Of a DNA stretch of 64,000 nucleotides, positions 25,370-38,758 are shown in pieces; positions within the stretch are counted from its first letter, which is position 1, and each line of letters opens with the position of its first letter. The translations under genes and the position numbers were made by a program. Source of the stretch: Octopus vulgaris. Its lineage: Eukaryota. The notes beneath the pieces are model-generated. The model searched no databases. It was not told the origin of the DNA and saw nothing but the letters and a program-made list of their open reading frames with translations. Location: contig OX597819.1 of assembly GCA_951406725.2 (NCBI GenBank), positions 43,028,001 to 43,092,000 of the forward strand. The letters run 5' to 3'.

Positions 25370-25670
25370 TCTAATTTTGGTACAAAGCCTGCAATTTTAA
25401 GGGATGGGGGACAAACTGATTACGCCAACCCTAATACATAACTAGTACTTATTTTAACAACAGTGAAAGAGTGAAGGCAAAGTCAAACTTGAAAGAATGT
25501 GAACCCAGAACCTATAAAGAGCTAAAAGGAATGCAACTAAGCATTTTTTATTCTAACAACCCCAAAAGGGTGGAAGCAAAGTTGACCTTGGTATAATGTA
25601 GACCCAGAACCTAAAGAGCTGAAACTAAGCATTTGTCTGGCATGGTAATGTTTCTATCAGTTTGCCAACT
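25370..25670 (-). mobile_element. SINE B copy with internal ~85-bp duplication
   Basis: Segment gcaaagt...cccagaacct..aagagct..actaagcattt occurs twice. Confidence 0.65.
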
Positions 25671-25677
25671 AATGAGT

Positions 25678-25906
25678 TTTAACCATTCAGTATATAAACT
25701 GACCATATTTGGCTCAGATATTCTACCAGTTTTATATTGAAACTAGCTAGATCCAATTTCTCACACCAATCCGACAATGTCATTCTAAAAAAAGCAATCA
25801 CATCATCAAAATCTCAAAACTACGAGATGATACATGATTAATTAAAAACAGTGTAATTAAATATGCATTACATTTGACAGAGTAATCTGAATACTAAAGG
25901 ATTAAA
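25678..25906 (-). mobile_element. family D MITE
   Basis: Homologous to 35711-35932; ends ctgaatactaaaggattaa. Confidence 0.7.
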
Positions 25907-25911
25907 CAACA

Positions 25912-26264
25912 GGCGCAGGAGTGGCTGTGTGGTAACTAGCTTGCTTACTAACCACATGGCTCCAGTGTCTTCTTAGCCTAGGGCCGACCAAAGCCTTGTG
26001 AGTGGATTTGGTAGACGGAAACTGAAAGAAGCCCGTCATATATATATATTATGTGTGTGTGTATGGTTGTGTTTGTCCCGCCCAACATTGCTTGACAACC
26101 GATGTTGGTGTGTTTATGTCCCCATAACTTAGCGGTTCGGCAAAAGAGACCGACAGAATAAGTACTAGGCTTACAAAGAATAAGTCCTGGGGTTGATTTG
26201 CTTGACTAAAGGCAGTGCTCCAACATGGCTGCAGTCAAATGACTGAAACAAGTAAAAGAATAAA
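25912..26264 (+). mobile_element. SINE family A copy
   Basis: ggcgcaggagtggctgtgtgg head (B-box region deleted) to gtaaaagaata tail. Confidence 0.9.
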
Positions 26265-26487
26265 TACTAGGAAGAAACAGATTCCATGAAATAAGGAAAT
26301 TATTACAATTGATAGGGTGATAGAATGGCAGAAATAATATAGTGTCAGATTAAATGCTCTGAGGATTTAGTTACCACATTTTATAGTCCATTCAAATGTG
26401 GCTTGAAAAAAAACTTTGCTTTCACCCTGTGAGGATCAATAAAATATAAAATATGTACCAGGTATCTCAAGTGGGTGGGATTCAATT

Positions 26488-26677
26488 TTATTCTTTCACT
26501 TGGTTCAGTCATTTGACTGTGGCCATGCTGGAGCACTGCCTTTAGTTGAACAAACTGACCCCAGGACTTAATCTTTGTAAGCCTAGTACTTATTCTATCA
26601 GTTTCTTTTGCTGGACTTACTCAGTTACAGGGACATAAACACACCAATATCAGTTATCAAGTGATGGTAGGGGACAA

Positions 26678-26733
<56 letters not shown>

Positions 26734-26786
26734 AGTGTCATTGTGGGTGTAAAACCTTGGGTAATTCTCTATAAAATTTTGTTACA

Positions 26787-26854
<68 letters not shown>

Positions 26855-26982
26855 TACACATACACAAAGGCTTTAGTCAGCCTGAGGTTATAGTAGAAGA
26901 CACTTGCCTATGGTGCCACACAGTGGGACTGAACCTGGAACCATGTGGTTGGGAAGCAAGCTTCTTATCACACAGCCACTCC
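26488..26982 (-). mobile_element. SINE family A copy, inverted relative to its neighbour, with an insert in its internal (TA)n
   Basis: Reverse complement of the A tail at the left and of the A head (cacagccactcc) at the right; ~60-bp foreign insert 26731-26791 between (TA)n runs. Confidence 0.85.
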
Positions 26983-27453
26983 AATTCTCTATACTTATGA
27001 CTTATAAATGTTGCAACCTAGCGTACACATTGAGGATCCGTTTCAAATTCATCTGAGGTCAACTTTACTTTTTTTCAGCCTTCTGGAATTGACAAAGTAT
27101 CATCCTGTACAGGCGAGGATGGAGCGATTAACTACACCTCCTGCTTCAAATGTTTGGCTTTACACCAGCTTTAAAGTTAATAATGTTATTAAATATTATA
27201 TTTTTCTCATAACACAATGTCTTGCTGATCTATTTGTCTACAACCTTTCGACTCAATTTTTTCCATGAAAACATAGTTACACGCCCCAAGTCAATGGTGG
27301 TATCAGTGTCAGATTCGCCACCACTGCCACAGCCATTGACACCACCATCATGACAACAAGCTTTTTCGATGGTAAAGGACTGATAAAGTGAAAATTTTTG
27401 ATTGGTCATGTAGCGACAAACAAACAAAACACACAGGAATATGCAGAACCTAC

Positions 27454-27465
27454 CCTTTCTCCCAT
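27454..27465 (-). CDS. candidate 12-nt microexon (ATGGGAGAAAGG); a 27-nt form is possible from an upstream AG
   Basis: Minus strand tttaactattttggcag cttacagttttgcag|ATGGGAGAAAGG|gtaggt. Confidence 0.3.
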
Positions 27466-28516
27466 CTGCAAAACTGTAAGCTGCCAAAATAGTTAAACCA
27501 TACATCCCTCCCTTTAAAATAACAAACTATTCTCTCTTGGGTTACATTACCTCTTTGAGAACAGAAAAAGAAAAGAAAGAAAAAAAAGGGAGAGAAAAAA
27601 AAAAAACGGAAAAAGTATCCAAACAGTTACTTGAAATTGCAAAAATGTTCAACAGGAAAGAAAGGGCCAATGAAGAAAGAAAGAGTAGAGAGAAAAGAAA
27701 GAGGAGAAAGAATAAGAAGGGTAAATATCTTAATGAAGGATCTATTTAACAAAATTGGGTTAGTTCAATTTACACAATAAGCTTGAATATTTTAGCAGTA
27801 CTTTTGAATTATCTTATTACATTTCTTGAAATGAAATGACAATACCGAAGAATATTGTACCAAATGACAAAATAAATGAGTGACCTAAAGAAACATTTCT
27901 TTCTCCCTCTCTTTCTTCCTTCTTTCTTATTTTGATAGCAAGAGATTTCTTTTGTCAACATCTGATGGTGATAGCCAGAAAAGTAAAAGGAAAAACAACA
28001 TCACCCAACCACACATATTTTGATGATCTGACAGCCCTTAGATGTAGCCATGTGTACAATGAAAAACCTTCAAAGGATTAACAACTTAATGAAATCCATA
28101 ATCCTTTAAAAGATATACCCTCTGATCTGCTATGCTATGTCATCTAATGGGAGGTAGAGACAGCTTTTCTTCCCCTACCCTCTTATCTTTTTGTGCTGCA
28201 TAGATTTTTCTTTTTTTATTTTGGCTCCTCTAAAAGCAAACACACATCAAAGTACAGTTTGGATGGATGCCAGCACATGTTACAAGCTTAACTCTTGTTA
28301 TTGTACTCCTTCAAGATCATTCTACAAATGGGAACTTTAGTGAACTGAGAAGAATAACTTGGGGTATAATAACTGCACATAAGGTGAGGTTTGCTAAAGA
28401 GAAAATAAGATAAGTCAGTTCAATACTGGTGTCTGACTATTAGCTATTGCATCTTGAGGAATATTTTTCAAGGTTAATTAGCAATTAACTAAGACTTCAC
28501 TGCAAATTCTGTTTAA

Positions 28517-28582
28517 TATAAGCACCAGTTTCAGACAGAAATTACACACTTGTTGCTCTGTTCTGTTGAACTGGTGCTTATA
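28517..28582. ncRNA. pre-miRNA-like hairpin (or tiny MITE)
   Basis: Arms TATAAGCACCAGTTTCAGACAGAA / TTCTGTTGAACTGGTGCTTATA: 14 perfect bp plus 8 more with two bulges, and a 20-nt loop. Confidence 0.35.
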
Positions 28583-28611
28583 ATTGTTAATGTCTTATTT
28601 TCATAGGATTT

Positions 28612-28847
28612 TCATCATCATTTTAATGTACACTTTTCTATACTTGCATGGGTCAGATGGACATTATTGAAGTAGACCTTCTACAACTGGATGCCCTTCC
28701 TGTAGCTAACTCTTGCATGATTCCAAGTGAAGTAACATCTGCTCATGGCCTGATATGTTTGAGCAGAATATTGGAAACGAATGCCATTCGGTTACGACAA
28801 TCACGCCAAGTCAAGACAATGAAACACAAACACACACATTGTGTGTG

Positions 28848-28880
<33 letters not shown>

Positions 28881-29085
28881 TATGTATGTATGTATGTATG
28901 TATGCATGCGCATGTGCACACACACACACTCACAAAACAGGCTTCTGTCATTTTCCATCTACCAAATCCACTCACAAGTTGATTTGAGCCTATAGTAAAA
29001 GACACTAGCCTAAGGTGCCAAGCGAGGGAATGAACCTGAAACCATGTGGTTGGGAAGCAAACTTTTTAACCGTACTGCCATGCTC
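28612..29085 (-). mobile_element. chimeric A-head/C-tail SINE
   Basis: C tail (catcatca...ctggatgcccttcc), TG microsatellite, A head (ctaccaaatccactcacaag...aaccatgtggttgggaagc). Confidence 0.75.
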
Positions 29086-30152
29086 ATTTTAATGAAGCAT
29101 TAGAAATAAATAAAACTCCAGCTGATAATTAGGATTGAAACCACATTGTCAGTATTGTAGTCTAATAGTTTACTGAGGAGCTCATGATAATTATATGTAT
29201 TGGGTACACTGTAGCTTATAAATTTGCCTACTCTAAATATATATAACACAGTGTGGGGTGGGTTAGAGCTTATATAGATAAATCTACATTACTTGATACT
29301 CTGATCCCACCCAAAGAGAAAAATAAACGAATAAAGAAATGTAACAAACAAAAACAAAAGTAAAAAAAAATGGAAAAGCAATAGTCACTGTAAACAGATC
29401 AATGTATTTTTTATTGTTGTGAAATTGAAACCCTTTAAGACTGTTCTTTTTCTTCCCCCACCCCCATCATATTTCTCTGCTTTATTTAAAAGTAAACCTA
29501 ACAGACAAAATATGAGTAACTTAACACACACACACGTGCGGATATTTTTTTTTTTAAAAAAGCCCTACAAAATTCCAAATATTGATTAATATTACTTTAA
29601 TATATTCCTTCACTAGATTTCAAGAAATAATGTCAACCTTAAGAATACATCATAGCAAAATGCATTTCCCCTAAATGGCAATGACAAAATATAATAATAA
29701 TAATAAAAGATGATAACAACAATAACAACAAGATCTGTAATAAAACTCAAAGTATATAAAAATAAAAGAATTAGCAATGAACAGAGATTGATTTGTACAT
29801 ATCAAATTGCATAGCAAAATAGATTTAGTAAGGAGAGAAGGAAAATAATAAAAATAATGATGATGATGATAGTAATAATAAATAAATGAATGAATGAATA
29901 ACCATTGCTGTTGATGATGAAAAAAATATTCAATAAATCAAGGTTTTATTTTACTTTTCCATAACTTATGAAAATGGAAAAAAAAAAATGAAAAATAAGG
30001 AGTTGGGTGTGAAAAAAATGTTCCATAGTTGGCATGGAAAAATAATAATTTATAGATAACAACCCAAGCATAGGGGCTTTACTTTGAAATATTGTTTCCA
30101 GGAGGAGGAGGAGGTGCTGTGTGTATTATGGTCTTGGACAGTAAATAAATAT

Positions 30153-30192
<40 letters not shown>

Positions 30193-30379
30193 GGTAAAAA
30201 AAAATTCAGCTAAATGAAATGGGAATATATGGAAAGAGGAAAAAATAGGTGACATGAGAGCACAACATAGAGAAGAGCTTATTTCTCAGATGATACAGAA
30301 CATTAATACACAGACACACATGCAATGAGAAATAACCAGCCAACTACAAAAGGGAAAAAGTAATAGAAAGTAGAAATGA

Positions 30380-30411
<32 letters not shown>

Positions 30412-30925
30412 GAGAAATACAAGGATGTCTACAAATACTTAGCTAGTTTGTAAGGCAGGGATGATATAGGATGTATGATGAGTGAAAATTGAACCATATC
30501 AATTTTCTTCTTCTAAATAGTTTATTATTACACAGTTTTTCTTTCAAAGGAAGAAAGTCAAACCACCCACCACAAAAACGACAAATCATGTCTCAGGGAC
30601 AACCTCCGCCACCACACACCACCCCGAATATTAATTTTTTTCTCCCCCTTTTGGTTTTCTTTTCTTAATACACACACACACAATATATATATATATATCA
30701 AACTCAGAGAAGTTTTGAAAACTGTTTCATTTCACAGGATGTCACAAGAGAGTCTGCAAAGCAAAAAGACAAACCTCAAATATTTATTACATTCTAAGGT
30801 GGTGGGGTTTAATTTTAATGGCTGAGTATAGCTGGCCCCTTCCACAGCCTTTAATGTAGGCATGCTGCATCTTTGATCAGAAAGAGCATAAAACTCTCCA
30901 CAAATCATTCAGAGATGAATCTCTC

Positions 30926-30968
<43 letters not shown>

Positions 30969-31239
30969 CTCTGTGATATCTTATGGTAACTTAGAAAAAA
31001 AGTTCCTAGCTTTATTTGTGTGTCTTTTTTATATATAATAATTTTGTGAATAATACCTTCAATGGTTGCAGGTTTCCACTAGAGTCAATCGTTGGTTTGC
31101 TGGGGTGTATCTAAGTTGATACAAACAACTTCATTGAAAGAACACCAGTTTGATTGACTGATATACCATTGGTGATGAACATATATGTGCAAATGTATAT
31201 GTGCATGTGCACACACATACATGTGTGTGTGCATGCATG

Positions 31240-31645
31240 CAAAGTTTCCATCCCTTAAATTTCACTCACAAAGTATTAGTCAACCAGAGGCTATGGCAGA
31301 AAATACTTGCTCAAGACAGAATCAAAACCCAGAATCATTGTTACTGCGAAACAAATTTCTTAACAACATAGCCACACCTATTACCATATTGATATCAAAT
31401 GCAAAAGACCAATTTTTAAAAATGATTTTAGTGCCTTTGCTGGTGGTACATAAAAGCACTGATGCTGGTGCCATGTACAAATAAAAACAAAACAGTACAC
31501 TCTGTGTAGTGGTTAGCATTAGAAAGGGCATCCAGCTATAGAAACCATGCTAAAATAGACAATTGGAACCTAGGCAGCTACCAAACTGTCTCAACTCATG
31601 CCAGCATGGCAAGCAGATGATGATGTCTGATGTTCGATGATGATG
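31240..31645. mobile_element. SINE A head (-) followed by a family C copy (+)
   Basis: cactcacaaag...catagccacacc, then gggcatccagctatagaaacc...gatgatgatg. Confidence 0.65.
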
Positions 31646-34463
31646 AAATTCTGTTGAAGCAGACTAGATTGAGGTTTCTCTAATCCTACATCACTGACTT
31701 TCTTTTTCTTTTTGTACTTTCTTTAATCTTTTAAAATCAAAATTAAATTTCATGGTTATTTCAGTAATGATGTATCCTGAAAAACATAGAATTGGTATTA
31801 TCTCTAAGTCACATATGCCTCAATAAACTTTGACATATCTCAGCAAAGAATAACTTCAAAACATGAATGTTCCTCAACCAAAGACAGATTGGGATATAAT
31901 AATGTTTTCTGCAGTAAAAGGGTTAACAAGAATAAACGATATACTCTTGTTTGACCATTAAACCACAAACAGAATGGCAACTGAAACACAGAAATCAACT
32001 TGCAGTCAAACTACCGACTAAAAACACAGGTACCTGACATTAACAATTGCAAGTTCATCTCATATGTCGTATATATAATAAATGAATCTTTTCCAGTTGA
32101 GGCAAGTAACTACATCACAAGGAAACAATAGAATCTGAACGGGAGCCACAGACTTCTTAATTACTCTCACTTTACATGTTAACATCAGATTAGGCCATTA
32201 AAGTTGAAAACTCACAGCTGTTAACCATATTTGGACTAATTCTACTTGCTGTAAGGAATCAGCTTTTTGGAATAACTAGGCCATTTAAGTCTCACAATAA
32301 GCTGGTTGTTACTGCACTGACATCCCACCACCACCACCGACACCACCATCATCATACACTCACTCCTTCCCCGTGCTCCTTGTCCTTCTCTTCAACTCTT
32401 GTTTTAGCACTTTTTTTTTCCCCTTCTTTTCCTTGTCACACACAGATGGAAATGTGAAGATTGAAAGAAAAGATATATTTAAAACAAATGATCAAAATGC
32501 CTACTGGATGAAAGTGGAATGCTAAAAGAATTAAACATTTCCTATATTTTGGGATGTGTAAATCTAGCAATGATAACTGGCAGTGAGTGCAGTATGAACC
32601 TTAATGACAAAACCTTAACCTAAAAGTTTAATTTGATTTACCAAGACAGCTGAGAGTCTATTGGGGTGATTTCCAAGAGATATATATTTTAATTATTATG
32701 CTACAAAATACTTTAGTTAATTGCTGTATACTTTATTATGCTAACTCATGTCACATTATAATTGTTTGATTCACTAAAACCCTTTTTTTCTTGTTTTTTT
32801 TTTGTTTTTTTGTTAGGATTTAGTTATTTAAAAAATTAATTAATTTAGAAAGTCCCTTAACAGAGATACGAGTATTTATTAAAAAAAGAAGAAAAAAAAA
32901 AGAGAAGGAAACGAGAACCTCATGCTATGCTTTATGCACACATTAAGCTATACTTTTTTATAGCACAATGTAAGGATTTAATGTAAGCAAACTAGAAACT
33001 AATTAGAATCATCAATTAGCTACTTGTGTGAGAGAAAAGGGAAAGAGAAGAGAGTAGAGGTTGTGGTGGTGATGGGGGAGCAGTAAAGCACAGAGGCTGG
33101 AAAACATTTGTGTGAGTGCAGATTGAGAAGACAGAATAGACAGATCAAGGAAGGTGAAATTAAGAGAGAGAGAGAGAGAGAGAGATGAGGAAAAGTAAAC
33201 AGAAAATGAGGGAGGGGATGGAGTGAGGAGGGGGGTTTAAATCATATACCTTTACAAGATAAGAAAATCTCAGGTATGGAACATTGGGCAGAAGAAGAAG
33301 AAACCAAACAAAATAAAAAATGCAACTAAAAATATCGCTAAAAACATCATCATAAAAATAAATAAGAGATAAAAAGTTGAAAAGCCAGTTTAGTTTCTTA
33401 CAAATAGGGAGACCATAATTCTTCACAATGATAACAGATATTTCTATAGTCAAAACAAATTCAAAAGTTCTTATCTGTTAAACAAATTTTTTTTCTCTTA
33501 TTATTATTATTATTATTTTGGGTTTTTTTTTAAAGACAATAGTTGAAGAAGATTTCTGACAAAGTTGTAATACTTTTTGATAACATAGCAATCAGTAACA
33601 AGAGTAAAGAAAGAGGGTGGGAGAATTTCTATAACACAATGGGTGTGGAAGTGAAGATGCTGATGATGGTGGTGTTGTAAATTTCCAAAACCCGGTATTG
33701 ATAATGAATGATTTCTGAGACATGAGGCCACATTTTTATGAAGGCAATTCAATTTTACTCCTTAATCATCATCATCATTTAACATCTGCTTTCCATACTG
33801 GCTTGGGTTGGACAGTTTGACCAGAGCTAACCTAAAAGACTGCACCAAGCCCTACTTGTCTGCTTTGGTATTATTTCTATGGCTGGTTGCCCTTCTTAAT
33901 GCCAACTACTTTGCAGAGTATACCGCATGCTTTTAATTGCAGTTGACTCTGTATTACTACTGTATTCCAATGACTTCAAAGATACAAGTGTAACTAAATA
34001 TTAGACTTGGAAATTTTGGCCTACCAAAATACCGAGTTCCACCCTCCAGTCCTGTTAACTCTGTCAAAAAGCATCCAGGTGTACAAAATTCAAGCTTTAA
34101 TTCAGTTACAAGAGTAGGCAGACAAGAAGCCAACTGGTTTAAAGACTCCATTTTCGAATGGCCATTTTTAATTGGAATTTATTACTCGCATACAAGACAT
34201 AGGAAATTACAGCTGTGGTCATTATTCCCGAGGAGCTAGAAGATAAGAGCTGGAACTCCAGGCCAGGGAGACACTAAAAAACACTAGTCAACAGCATTTC
34301 TAGAGCATCACTTGATCCAGTAGAAATAAGAGCCAAATCTCACTTAGATTATACCCTATCATTTTAAGGACATATTGGATGCAGTCTGTGATACACAACT
34401 GAGAGAGAAATGTGGGGTATGAGATGATTAACAACAACAACAACAACAACAATATTTTGAGAT

Positions 34464-34676
34464 GAAAAGGTAGCAATCTGGCAGAATCATTAGCAGGCTG
34501 AGCAAAATGCATAACAGCATTTTGTCCCTCTTTGCATTCTGATGATTGGATTCTGCCGAGGTTGACATTGTCCTTCATCCTTTTTGGGTTGATAAAATAA
34601 GTATCAGTTGAACACTGGGATCGATGTAATCAACTTGACTCCTCAAAATTGCTGGCCTTGTGTCAAAATTTGAAAC
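34464..34676 (+). mobile_element. SINE family B single copy with 14-bp TSD
   Basis: caatattttgagat at 34450-34463 and 34677-34690. Confidence 0.85.
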
Positions 34677-34727
34677 CAATATTTTGAGATTAAAGTATGC
34701 ATGCCAGCTTACAGTAACTACTTAGGA

Positions 34728-35041
34728 CAGGCCTGGCCAGCTCGAATTACATTGCGGGCCACTTTAAAATCACAGAAAGTTTTTTGAGGGCCGGTTGTAT
34801 ACTGACAGAATTGAAAGCATTTTGCTTTCTCATGCTATTATTACAATAATGAATGAATGATCGTTGATTCAAAATGAAATATCATCATTGCAAAAACAGT
34901 AGTATCTTTCTTTTTTACTTTTCATAGCAATCTTTAATTTTGATAAAATTTTTGATAAAATGTTTGTTTAAATAAACCCATTTCAATAAAGTACCAAGCA
35001 GGCTGCAATGCAGCCTGCAGGCCTCAAGCTGGCCAGCTCTG
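34728..35041. mobile_element. hAT (Charlie/Buster-type) MITE
   Basis: TIR CAGGCCTGGCCAGCT / AGCTGGCCAGCTCTG (13/15); perfect 8-bp TSD ACTTAGGA (nnnTAnnn) at 34720-34727 and 35042-35049. Confidence 0.85.
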
Positions 35042-35493
35042 ACTTAGGAGATATATAAACTCATAACTGAAAGCTTACATCTTACTCATCAATAAAGGTA
35101 ATAATGACAATGTGCTGAGAGTGGCAAGATGTAGAATCAACTTCATGGTTGGTTATCCATAGCTCTACTTATCTGGTTACTTGCACTCTTAGAAAAAGGA
35201 AGGATACACTAGATAATGTAGTGATAGCTGAGATGGTCATAAATGGAATGCCCTTGAAATGAAATGAATGTGTGGGCACATGTTTCTGTCTCCTTGTCTT
35301 GACATAGCATGCTAATTGTAAATAAACATGTCCAGATCAAGAGAAAATATCTTGCTTGGAAACAGGTGAAGTTTGACAACAGGGAGGGCACCCAGACAAA
35401 TTAAAAACAAAAAAATCTACTTCAATGAATTCCATTTCGTCTGAGCAAACATATTAAAATGGTAATAAGAACATTGTTGTTATCAATCATTAA

Positions 35494-35932
35494 CTCTTTA
35501 GCATTCAGATTACTCTATAATATGTCATGCTCATAAAGTCACCTTGTTTTGAATTAACCTTGCATTATCTCATAGCTTTGATATTTTAACAATGCAATTG
35601 TTTATTTTGGGATTGACATTGTAGAAGAGGTAGGAGATCTGACCAGTTTGAATATAAAATAGATTGAAAATTTGGGTTCGATATGGTCAGTTTAAATGCT
35701 AAAGGCTTAACCCTTTAGTGTTCGCATTATTCTGCCAAAATTAATGCGTTTTTTATCCGCATTGTTTTGAACTAATCATGCATTATCTTGTAGCTATGAG
35801 ATTTTGATGAGGTAGCTGTTAATTTTTAAAACGATATTGTAGGGTTAGTGTGAGAGACCAGATCTAGCCAGTTTGAACATAAAGCAGGCAGAATACTTTT
35901 GGCCTGATATGGCTGGTTTAAATGCTAAAGGG
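35494..35932 (+). mobile_element. two tandem piggyBac-like family D MITEs sharing a TTAA
   Basis: TTAA(35490)-ctctttagca...gctaaaggc-TTAA(35707)-ccctttag...gctaaaggg-TTAA(35933). Confidence 0.85.
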
Positions 35933-36069
35933 TTAATTAGGATCCTTGATGAAATTCTATTAAAAACACACACCAAAAAAAAAAAAAAGGCAAAAACAAA
36001 TAACAGCAATAACAATTAATATCTAAATGAACAGCAGATACAGGAAGAGAACATATATTAAATATCTAA

Positions 36070-36236
36070 CCCTTTTGATATCAACCATCCTAAGACTACC
36101 CTTAATCCCAATGATATAAACATTTTGTTTTAAACACTAGCTTAATAATGACAAACTTATTTTTACCAAGATTTTCATTTTCAAAATTAACTGAAATAAG
36201 AGTATTGTATTTTAATGGGAATATGGTAAAAATGGG
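36070..36236 (+). mobile_element. piggyBac-like family E MITE (internally deleted)
   Basis: cccttttgata ... atatggtaaaaatggg followed by TTAA. Confidence 0.65.
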
Positions 36237-38758
36237 TTAATATGGTTGAAATACAGACAGAAAGGAAATATCAACACTGCAATCCAGGAACCTTTATATC
36301 TAAAGAAACTCTTAAAGTAGTAACTAAAGTGGGGATTGTATGACAATACAAGAGTTTTATTGAATTGAAGTGAAGAACATATGTGTTATGGAGATTAAAT
36401 TTGAAAAATTTGAATTGGCCAATGAATCTTTCATTTGAAGAAGGCTAGTGGTAGCAGAAGGAGAAGAAGAAAAAGCGATGGCAGTGTAAAGTAAGAAAGA
36501 AGAGATCCTAGAGGAATAGCACATATAAACTTTTGGGGAAAAGTGACTGAAGTGAAATCGGCACATGGAAGCAGCAGAAGCAATGATGATGATGATGATG
36601 TGGATACATATATAGGAAAGAAAAAGCTTAAATTAAAATATGGCAACTGAATTTGCCAGTTAAAATCAAGTTAGTGGAAAATGACAATAAATACTGCAAA
36701 TAAATTAAAAAATGAGAAAAATCTGAAAGTGCATGAGTGTACTCGCATACATGCGCACACAAACACACACACACATAAAATAAAACCTAGTAAAATTTGA
36801 CAAGCACACAGCTGCAATATTGTAAGGATAGACACACACACCAAAAAATTTTTTAAAAAAGACTATAAAAAAGAAAGTCATCTTTATTAATAATAATATT
36901 GATCTGAATAAATATTTTATGAAATCAGCAAGACTGCAAACCCTTTAAGCTATGTGAAAATGTTAAAAATAAATAAATAAAAATCAAAATTACAATGTTA
37001 ATATATATTTTTAGACCTGCCACCTAATTTACATTCCTAGAATCCAAAAGCCCAGATATAAATGGTTTATCATTAGAGATGGAGGAAGGTATATATATAT
37101 ATGTAAAAAAGCGGGGTGCTTGTTTAGTGTGTGTTGTAGAGTGGGGTAGATGTAAATATATAAATTGAAAATTTATATTTTACAAATGAATAAATAGGGA
37201 AGATTTTTCGTAAAAAGGAAAAATTTGTTGTGCAGTGAAGAGACAGAATTATCGTGGAGATGGTATGACAATGTTGCAACAAAGAAACAAAAGAGAACAA
37301 GCGCATATTACAAAGTGAGCAGTAAATATACAATTTATTAGAACAAACTAAAATTCCTTTCCCCCTTTTTTTTTTTGGAATTTTGCACTAAAAATGTACA
37401 GTTTAAACATTCAATGATATAATTTTGCCATTGTTGTTAGATTTTTTTTTTGTTTGTTTTAAATTTAAACCCCACCATCATTGCCTCTATTGCTGCCACC
37501 GCCACCATCACCATCACAGCCATCATCACCTCCACTACCACATCACTGCCGTTCTTTCCACATCTAATCTGCTACATGCTCTTTAAGAAGTTGCACTTAA
37601 AAATTTTTGCAGCTGCATATTCATTGGCGAGTCTTTAGCAACAATAATTTTCAAAATCAGGAAAGAGGGGTGGGAGGGCACAAAAATATAAAAGACACAC
37701 ACAAAAAACAAAAAAAAAAAACAAAACAACAAGGGGTACCCTTCAAGATTTGAATAATAAATGAAGTTGATATCAACACTTTGACATGCGGAGTTCTCTT
37801 AATATAAGACTTTGTCTCAGACTGGAAGAATGATTGGAGGGTGGCGGGGTGGGGTGGGGTGGGGGGTTGGAAACAGCAGCACATGAGCAACAAAACAAGG
37901 ATATAAGAAAATAGGAAGAAGATTGCTTGGAAGTGTGGCTGGTGTGAGATGGTATGTCAAGAAGGAAATGGCTCTAAGAGACGAAGAGAGGTGGGTGGAA
38001 GACAAGATTGCAGGGGGTGGGGTGGAGAGAGTGAGAGTTGAAATGGTTCAAAAATAGAGATCAAACTGCTTGTTTGGAATCACCCCACTAACCTCCAAGA
38101 ATACTTTTTTTGAAAATTCAGTTTCTTGTGCTAAGGAGATACAGGACAGAGCTAATGTTTTCGGACAAGGGGGGGGGTAAGACAAAGAATACGTGCAGCA
38201 AAAGCAACAACCCACCCCCACCCACCCACCCCCAACAGTTCCAAAAACAAAGGGAAAAAAAGAGAAACAAATCACACTTTCGGTTTTGGTTTTGTAGAGA
38301 AATTAGTGATATAAAATGGAGAAAAATTGTCAGATTACAGCATCAAACAGAGCTTAGATAGGTTTTTCTCTCATGTAGATTAAACAGGCAAAGAAATAAA
38401 TCACACACACTTATCTGTCTTATATATATATATATATATATATATACATACATACACACACACACACATCATCATCTTTAATGTCTTTATAGTTTTGTTT
38501 TTGTTTGTCTCCTCCCACCCTGCCCTGTGTTATTGCTGTTTTCTTCTGGTTAGTAGAGGAGCGAGAAAGTAACATGAGCCATTTAAGAGAAACATGTCTT
38601 TGCATATTCTAAATGCCAGATATGATGGTAGTCAGTACATGCACACACGCCTGCGCACGCGCACGAACACACACACACACAAAGAAACACATACACTGCG
38701 TTTCATTTGAATTCGCTTCGCTCCCTCTCTGACGAACCAGCCCAACCCTTCGACCTAC

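Noticed and set aside
27540-27610. Long minus-strand pyrimidine tract ending aaagag|gtaatg
   Set aside because: No YAG acceptor; probably an A-rich low-complexity tract.
35115-35190. Hairpin with miR-31-like TGGCAAGATG
   Set aside because: Large asymmetric bulges; the 3' half differs from miR-31.
37838-37868. G-quadruplex-capable (GGGGT)n run
   Set aside because: Similar G runs are scattered through the window; nothing specific supports a function.
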